Source: Candidatus Aegiribacteria sp. (GTDB lineage Bacteria; Fermentibacterota; Fermentibacteria; Fermentibacterales; JCC-6). Taken from it: 64,000 nt of DNA. Below are positions 58,284 through 64,000 of the stretch, piece after piece (within the stretch, counting starts at the first letter, position 1; every line of letters begins with the position of its first letter). The notes under the pieces were generated by a model. The model did no database searches. It saw only the letters and a program-made list of their open reading frames with translations, and was not told the origin of the DNA. The translations under genes and the position numbers were made by a program. The DNA lies in contig JAWOBF010000059.1 in assembly GCA_046498225.1 (NCBI GenBank), positions 60,617-124,616 of the forward strand, in the 5' to 3' direction.

Positions 58284-58500
58284 TAGTTGCTTTGATTCAG
58301 TTCTGATATGAAATAACCAGCCACCACACTTTGAAGATATTCATATCGCTTTCGTTTCTGATAATCCTGGAACTCCAAAGTCAGCGTGAAGACCCATTTG
58401 GAAAACCATAGATCGTTGACGCCCTAATGGGCTTTGAGACAGTACAATGGCTTACTCGAGTACTAGAGTTGGATAGATATTCATCAGATCTTCAGTTGCT
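58242..58500 (-). pseudogene. Decayed 3' fragment of a Y1/RAYT-like transposase
   Basis: Minus strand reads ...IVINEIKRSIKVR* identically to 61081-62106. After a frameshift it reads SVVAGYFISEL versus SVAARHFRSEL in the intact gene. Similarity fades upstream, so the end coordinate is approximate. Confidence 0.7.
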
Positions 58501-58577
58501 TTTCTATCAGCGCGGTATTATGTATTAATTTCCATTTATTTTATTCCAAACAGCAGCAGGAAAAGAGGATAGAAAGT

Positions 58578-60998
58578 ATGAAATATATCGCCTTGATATT
58601 ATTTCTTCCCGCCCTTGTCATGGGTGAGTGGATTGATTTCGGATTAACCGATGTCAACCATGCAAACCTCGAGGTGGTGGAGTGTACACCGTCGAGCTTC
58701 GTGGTGGAGATAACTCTTCCGGGTTTCTCCAGCAGCCAGTTCATGCAGGACGGCATCAGTTTCAACACACTGAACGTTCCCGCCCTCACGCCCTACGCCG
58801 CAGCTGAGGGAGCCCCCATGCTCCCGAAGGCGTCCTTCCTGGCGGCGGTACCTGAAAATCCCGGGATCAGTATCACCGTGGAGGCCCTGGTGGATCCGGT
58901 TGCCTTCGAGGGCGTGACCCCCTCCCCGATGCAGCCGATACCCATCGACAGCTCTCGGGAGCCAATTCCTTTCACCTACCTGTCTGAAACCTACAGCGAA
59001 GGAGAGTATCCTTCCGAGACGGCGGTATACGAGGAAATGGGCACCGTAAGGGGAGTGAACATCGGCCGTTTCAATGTGATACCCTTCAGCTGGAACGCCG
59101 AAACCGGTATTCTCACCGTTACTCCGAAACTCAGGGTGACCGTGGAACTCGGAGGAGCCGTCAACGTCGATTCCAGGCTTCTTAGCAGGTTCTTCATGAA
59201 CACGTTCAGAACACTTGTGAACGCCCAGATCCTGCAGCAGCCGGAAAGAACCGTGATCTACAACTCCAACGAACCCATCAGGGCGTCTAACATCCGCCAG
59301 GCCAATGATATTACAGAGGCTGACCTCCTCATATTGGCGGGGGACGATTTCGTCGACACGATGATGGACGAGTTCATAACCGCCAAGATGAACCAGGGCT
59401 ACCTTACCGCAATAGTCGCTGCCGGGAGCTGGAATCAAACCGAGATAAAGGACTATATACAGAATGCCTACGACAACTGGGAAATACCTCCCAGCTTCGT
59501 ACTATTCGTAGGCGACCACGATGACATCATCAGTTACAGCGCACCCACGGGAATGTACAGCGACAACAGGTACGTGTGCATGGACGGGTCCTCCGACTTT
59601 CACGCTGACATCTTCCACGGACGCTTCGTTACCCCTACCAGCCACTACCCTATAGTTGAAAGCAAGATACTCAAGTGGCAGTTCGACCCCCTGATGGATC
59701 CTGATTTCTGGGGTAATGTACTGTGTGCCGGATACTTCCAGGCTGAGTCCAGCTCCAGCAACATCGCCCAGCGCTGGTTCTGCTTCACATGCGAAACGGT
59801 TCGTGATACTTATATCGATATCTACGGCAAGGAGGTACAGCGGGAATACACGAAGAACACCTCTGCTTCACCCCCTTACTACTACCGGAGCGACCTTCCC
59901 AGCGCCGGTCAGATGATACCCTCGGACATAGTCTGGGATGGTGACGCCTCAGGTATACTCTCCAGCATCAACGACGGTGTATTTCTGGTGCAGCACAGGG
60001 ACCACGGCAGCACCTCCGGATGGGGGGATCCCGCATTTTACATATCAGACCTAACCGGACTCAATAACGGTGAGATGACGCCTATGGTTATGAGCGTCAA
60101 CTGTCTGACAGGCCAGTTCTCCAGTGACTGTTTCGCCGAGAACTTCTTCAGGATGGAAGGGGGAGCGGTTGGTGTCCTGGCGGCTACCCAGGTCAGCTAC
60201 AGCTACTGGAACGACTACCTCTGCTACGGCCTCTACAAATCCTTCAACGACGAGTACACATCCCCGCCTTCCCTTTACACCGATCCCACGGGAAACTACC
60301 TGACCGGGCAGGCCCTGATGTGCGCTAAGTTCGAAATGGAGGCCTCGGCCCCAATGTGCCCCTATCCCACGGACCGAACAGAGGTCGAGTGGGACCTTTT
60401 CCACTGGTTCGGCGATCCAACCATGGACATGAGGACGGATGTACCGCACGACCTCTACGTCGACGCACCCTCCACACTTCCCTCGGGAGCCACCGAAGCC
60501 ACCTTCTACGTTGATGACGACTCAAGGGGAGCCGTGAACAACGCACTGGTCTGCATGTCTCATGATGAACTCTGGGTAAGCGGGCATACCGATTCGACTG
60601 GTCATGTAACCCTCACCTTTGACCCCATCGGCGGACTCAGCAATATCTCCTGGATGGTGACTGCCCATAACGCACTTCCTGCCGAGGGAACAATCAACGA
60701 CGGAGTAAGCATTGGGGACCAACCTCAGGGGCTCGTTACTATGGTCGGAACCCCCAGACCCAATCCCGTAGCAGGTCTTCTGACCATCCCTGTATCTCTC
60801 GCCAGCAGCGGCAGTTTCGAGATGACCGTCTACGACACCGCCGGCAGGGCTGTGGCGAAGATACACTCAGGTGAACTCGAAGAGGGTATGCACGCTCTTA
60901 CCTGGGATACCGGAGCTATTCCCCAGGGTGTCTACATGATAAAGTCGATAGACCCCATGGGCAGCGTATCCACCAGCAGGGTGGTGGTCTGCAGATAG
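58578..60998 (+). CDS. Gingipain-like C25 cysteine peptidase with propeptide and T9SS type-A-like CTD
   Basis: Signal peptide; propeptide (GAPMLP, VRGV...PF.WN); IKDYIQNAYDNW..PPSFVLFVGD, GRF, HRDHG (His), NCLTGQF (Cys) and FGDP motifs; CTD PRPNP...VYDTAGR...GVYMI...RVVVCR. Confidence 0.88.
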   Translation: MKYIALILFLPALVMGEWIDFGLTDVNHANLEVVECTPSSFVVEITLPGFSSSQFMQDGISFNTLNVPALTPYAAAEGAPMLPKASFLAAVPENPGISITVEALVDPVAFEGVTPSPMQPIPIDSSREPIPFTYLSETYSEGEYPSETAVYEEMGTVRGVNIGRFNVIPFSWNAETGILTVTPKLRVTVELGGAVNVDSRLLSRFFMNTFRTLVNAQILQQPERTVIYNSNEPIRASNIRQANDITEADLLILAGDDFVDTMMDEFITAKMNQGYLTAIVAAGSWNQTEIKDYIQNAYDNWEIPPSFVLFVGDHDDIISYSAPTGMYSDNRYVCMDGSSDFHADIFHGRFVTPTSHYPIVESKILKWQFDPLMDPDFWGNVLCAGYFQAESSSSNIAQRWFCFTCETVRDTYIDIYGKEVQREYTKNTSASPPYYYRSDLPSAGQMIPSDIVWDGDASGILSSINDGVFLVQHRDHGSTSGWGDPAFYISDLTGLNNGEMTPMVMSVNCLTGQFSSDCFAENFFRMEGGAVGVLAATQVSYSYWNDYLCYGLYKSFNDEYTSPPSLYTDPTGNYLTGQALMCAKFEMEASAPMCPYPTDRTEVEWDLFHWFGDPTMDMRTDVPHDLYVDAPSTLPSGATEATFYVDDDSRGAVNNALVCMSHDELWVSGHTDSTGHVTLTFDPIGGLSNISWMVTAHNALPAEGTINDGVSIGDQPQGLVTMVGTPRPNPVAGLLTIPVSLASSGSFEMTVYDTAGRAVAKIHSGELEEGMHALTWDTGAIPQGVYMIKSIDPMGSVSTSRVVVCR

Positions 60999-61038
60999 AC
61001 CTGCATCAAGCAGGCCTTGATGAGGAAATCTGACAGAA

Positions 61039-61065
61039 AAAGGGCGGAGCTTGTCTCCGCCCTTT
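61039..61065 (+). terminator. Intrinsic terminator after the C25 peptidase
   Basis: AAAGGGCGGAG-CTTGT-CTCCGCCCTTT. Confidence 0.75.
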
Positions 61066-61070
61066 CAAGG

Positions 61071-62209
61071 CCGGGCTAACCTATCTTACCTTTATTGACC
61101 GTTTAATCTCGTTTATGACTATAAAGCCATCTGGATCTAGTTCAGATCTGAAATGACGCGCTGCCACACTCTCTGCAATACCCAGATATCGTGCCGTATC
61201 TGCTTGACTTATATATAGTTCTGACATCATCAACTTCACCAGGATCCGCCGAACGCGAGAAGTCCTTCGAGATCCTCTTGGTTTCCGAAGAACTTCCGCG
61301 GGTATTCCGGTAATTCTAGCAGCATCCTGTATCAACTTCAGTATGGCCTTATGCTCGTAAGCTCTGTTCCTTATTCGAACTTTCCTTGAACCATACAGGT
61401 CCCTGCATACTTTCCTGGCGAAGCTCTCTGAACCAAGCACTCTTACCGCAGCTTTATCTGTTCTTTTCTCCTTCGCATCCGTGCTGGAAAGCACGCCTTT
61501 TCTTCCTATCAGATACGAACCGGATGCGTATTCGGTTTGCTTTTCATCTGAACCATCCTGCAGGAAATCAATGTAGTTCTGAAACCATTCTCCGTTATCT
61601 GCCCCACTGGAGAAATCCGTTCTGATCAAATCAGTTGTCTGCCAAGGATAATTCCTCCTGCCGGTGATATGTGAGTGACCGCTCTGTGAATAGCTATCCA
61701 ATTCCTTGATAGATTTTACGATATGTGCTCTCAGGGGATTCAGGTGAATGTAACGCACCAGTTCAAGAAAATAGCTTTCTTTCTCTACAAGTATTGAACG
61801 GTACCTTCCCTGGAATACATGTCCGCAATGCTCCATTGACCTGTTGTAATACATTGCGTATCCACACAGAAGCCTCTGCATCGAATAAGACAAACTCATA
61901 TCCTGAACTTCAAGCAGTAAATGAAAATGATTCGACATCAGCACCCAGGCATGAACCTTAAAACAGTTCTCTTCAACCAGAGATTCAATTTTGTCGATAA
62001 AGTAACGCTGCTGTTTGTATGCGCGGAAAATGTCTTTTCCTTCAACAGCACGTGAGATCACGTGATGGAAAGATCCCGGTTCGTCCGCTCTGTAATTCAT
62101 GCTCATACAGTAAGTGTACTCTGCATCGGAGAGGGTTTCAAGGGGGAGAATAGTTTATTGCTAAATGTTATAATAATATGTAGTGTAAAGGTAAGATAGG
62201 TTAGCCCGG
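61071..62209 (-). mobile_element. HUH (Y1/RAYT-like) transposase element bounded by perfect 24-bp terminal inverted repeats
   Basis: CCGGGCTAACCTATCTTACCTTTA at 61071-61094 and its exact reverse complement at 62186-62209 enclose the transposase; markedly more AT-rich than the core genes. Confidence 0.8.
61081..62106 (-). CDS. Y1_Tnp (IS200-like/REP-associated tyrosine) transposase with C-terminal HTH
   Basis: FHHVISRA, AWVLMSNHFHLL (HUH), YNR...GHVFQGRYRS and LVRYIHLNPLRA (catalytic Tyr) motifs; C-terminal SQADTARYLGI HTH. Confidence 0.9.
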   Translation of the reverse strand: MSMNYRADEPGSFHHVISRAVEGKDIFRAYKQQRYFIDKIESLVEENCFKVHAWVLMSNHFHLLLEVQDMSLSYSMQRLLCGYAMYYNRSMEHCGHVFQGRYRSILVEKESYFLELVRYIHLNPLRAHIVKSIKELDSYSQSGHSHITGRRNYPWQTTDLIRTDFSSGADNGEWFQNYIDFLQDGSDEKQTEYASGSYLIGRKGVLSSTDAKEKRTDKAAVRVLGSESFARKVCRDLYGSRKVRIRNRAYEHKAILKLIQDAARITGIPAEVLRKPRGSRRTSRVRRILVKLMMSELYISQADTARYLGIAESVAARHFRSELDPDGFIVINEIKRSIKVR

Positions 62210-62274
62210 TCTTTGTATGGGTATTGCAACTGAGGTATATTCAGATAACAAATTCACCATGGAAAGGACCTGTC

Positions 62275-62541
62275 ATGAGCGATAACTCCAGCCTTGACGA
62301 AGCCATGAAAATGATGGAACGGTACGAAGCTAACAGGACTGAGACACACTACTTCGACCTTCAGGAAAACGAGAGAGTACTGGTTCAGGCCGCAGGCCGT
62401 ATATACGGATCATACGTTGAAGCAGGCCTTGTAACTCCCGATACCAAAGAAGAATACATCAATGCAGCCATCCAGGATGCAATATCTATCGCATCCCGAA
62501 TCGAGGACATCGTTTCCGAAAAAGAAGAGCAACCCGACTAG
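62275..62541 (+). CDS. Small hypothetical protein
   Basis: AAAGGA RBS, 88-aa ORF with helical character (AAGRIYGSYV..G.V); TATAAT at 62170-62175 upstream. Confidence 0.6.
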   Translation: MSDNSSLDEAMKMMERYEANRTETHYFDLQENERVLVQAAGRIYGSYVEAGLVTPDTKEEYINAAIQDAISIASRIEDIVSEKEEQPD

Positions 62542-62908
62542 TCCTCAAGACTGTGTGAACCGCTCCGGGATTGCAGGAGAGATAGATTTGACTCGTATAT
62601 TCCACTGAGCCCTCCGACAGAATTGACAGATAGGATTGTCACCAAAGATCCTGTATTCTGTGAATCGGGGCTTATGAATCATGACTTCCTGCCTCTGTTC
62701 TTCTAGGAAATCTCATTCTAACAACTGTCCCTCAAATAGGGAAGCCTACACCTGACCCTGATCCAAGAGTATGGAACCGTGCAACATTCATAAGTGAATC
62801 CGTTCTGAGCTATCTTAGAATTCGGAGGAAACATGGGCATTGGTCAATTCTCACCAAGGATGCTTGGGTCGGAACAATCAAGTGACGGACAGCAAAAGCC
62901 CGGAATCC

Positions 62909-64000
62909 TTATCTGATCCCTTCAATCGAGAATACCTGTATCACTTGACCGTCAAAGTAGCAGAACTCTTCTGAATTGCTACTTATAGCTCCCGAGAATG
63001 TGAATTCATCTGCCCAGGTTTCCCAGGAAATCTCTTCCGACCGATACAGGGGCTGGAAATCAGGAGAGAAAAGAACGTATCTGAATACTCTGTCGTCTGT
63101 GTTCACTCTGTAGAGCTGCAGCCCGGAGTTCGAAACCGCGATTGGTTCAAAATGTCGACGTAATCCCCGCAAATATTCGACATATTCGGAACGTCTTAAA
63201 TCCTCAGAATCATGAGGTCCTGCATCAAGCACAAGAGATATAACCCCCCCGGAATCTTCTTCACGATCCAGCATTTCCGGATAAGAATACAATGATGAAT
63301 TTGGACTAAAGGTTAACCATTCCCTTATGTAACCTTCAGTTGTTCTAGTATGGATAATATCTCCGGTGTCTCCATCCAGTACATGAAGCTCCAGTGAATA
63401 ATCAACTACTACAACCAAGACTCTACCATCGGGAGAGCAGTATAGAAATGACACATATCCTCGATTAGGATATAGGTCCAATTCACGGGACCATATCATC
63501 TCTCCAGAAGAATCATATGCTATTACACTGTCGCCATATGTGATAAAAACTCTGCTTCCATCATCAGCATAGCACATAGATGAAATTTGCGAAGAATAGT
63601 TAAATACAACAAGATTTAAATCGCTGTCATAGATACGGCAAGTACGGCCGTGGACTAACACTATAGAACCTGAATTCGTAATCCTACAGGTTGCATGAAT
63701 GTAGCCATCATGGGTGGAGTCCTGAAATGGTCGTACAACTTCGAACTCTTCATCGTATAAGTCTATTCGTGCAAGTTCAGAGGTTCTCATATCGTACATA
63801 GCTATATATCGACCGTTGGGAGAAAACTTTGCCCTTTCCGAATCGAAATCGAACCGGACTTCCGACTCTATTCCTTCTCTGGTTACGAGAAGCGCTCTGG
63901 AATCATCTACCAGAGTGAACTGCCATATTTCCTCATCATCCTCGATGACGATGTTAGCCACACCCCTGGAATCAGACCCTTTTGTGATGTATTCGGAAGG
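62909..64000 (-). CDS. Beta-propeller (WD40/PQQ-like) protein, 5' end beyond the window
   Basis: Repeated FSPNGRY, CSPDGRV, YDSSGEMIWS and LDGDTGD motifs; the frame stays open to position 64000; AT-rich. Confidence 0.65.
   Translation of the reverse strand, partial: PSEYITKGSDSRGVANIVIEDDEEIWQFTLVDDSRALLVTREGIESEVRFDFDSERAKFSPNGRYIAMYDMRTSELARIDLYDEEFEVVRPFQDSTHDGYIHATCRITNSGSIVLVHGRTCRIYDSDLNLVVFNYSSQISSMCYADDGSRVFITYGDSVIAYDSSGEMIWSRELDLYPNRGYVSFLYCSPDGRVLVVVVDYSLELHVLDGDTGDIIHTRTTEGYIREWLTFSPNSSLYSYPEMLDREEDSGGVISLVLDAGPHDSEDLRRSEYVEYLRGLRRHFEPIAVSNSGLQLYRVNTDDRVFRYVLFSPDFQPLYRSEEISWETWADEFTFSGAISSNSEEFCYFDGQVIQVFSIEGIR

Noticed and set aside
62150..62185. dif/XerD-like site (TTATTGCTAAAT) near the right TIR
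   Set aside because: Only partial resemblance to TTATGTTAAAT and no convincing XerC arm; more likely AT-rich promoter DNA.

Overview
GC-rich, densely packed chromosomal window from a diderm, probably anaerobic and proteolytic bacterium. Kdo/LPS genes, PFOR, T9SS-type C-terminal domains and a TWGxIK C-terminal motif suggest the FCB superphylum, possibly Fermentibacterota-like; this placement is inference only. Positions 1-58133 are mostly housekeeping: kdsB-kdsA-kdsC-kdsD, a beta-CASP nuclease, an acyl-CoA carboxylase/decarboxylase pair, a two-component pair, a ~15.7 kb minus-strand gene run (dapL, folB, folK, dNK, panC, panD, short glmU, HIT, LytR_C, rsfS, argS, pfkB, purM, apgM, mnmA, nadA, C26 hydrolase, manA, manC), two S9 peptidases, a nuclease-DinG helicase fusion, rnhC, asnS and por/nifJ. 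At 5634-15975, two paralogous secreted metalloproteases precede a tightly coupled operon of membrane proteins, including a DUF2723/TMEM260-like glycosyltransferase, which may be a protein-glycosylation module. The most unusual region starts at 58120, where the DNA becomes more AT-rich. An 8x11-bp tandem array and a hairpin are followed by a decayed transposase 3' end whose terminal 55 bp are perfectly conserved, then a gingipain-like C25 protease, then an intact HUH (Y1/RAYT-like) transposase bounded by perfect 24-bp terminal inverted repeats. Together these outline a possible cargo-carrying TIR-bounded HUH element (58232-62209). No rRNA, tRNA or CRISPR array was found. All functional calls come from motif recognition by eye, and no database searches were run.
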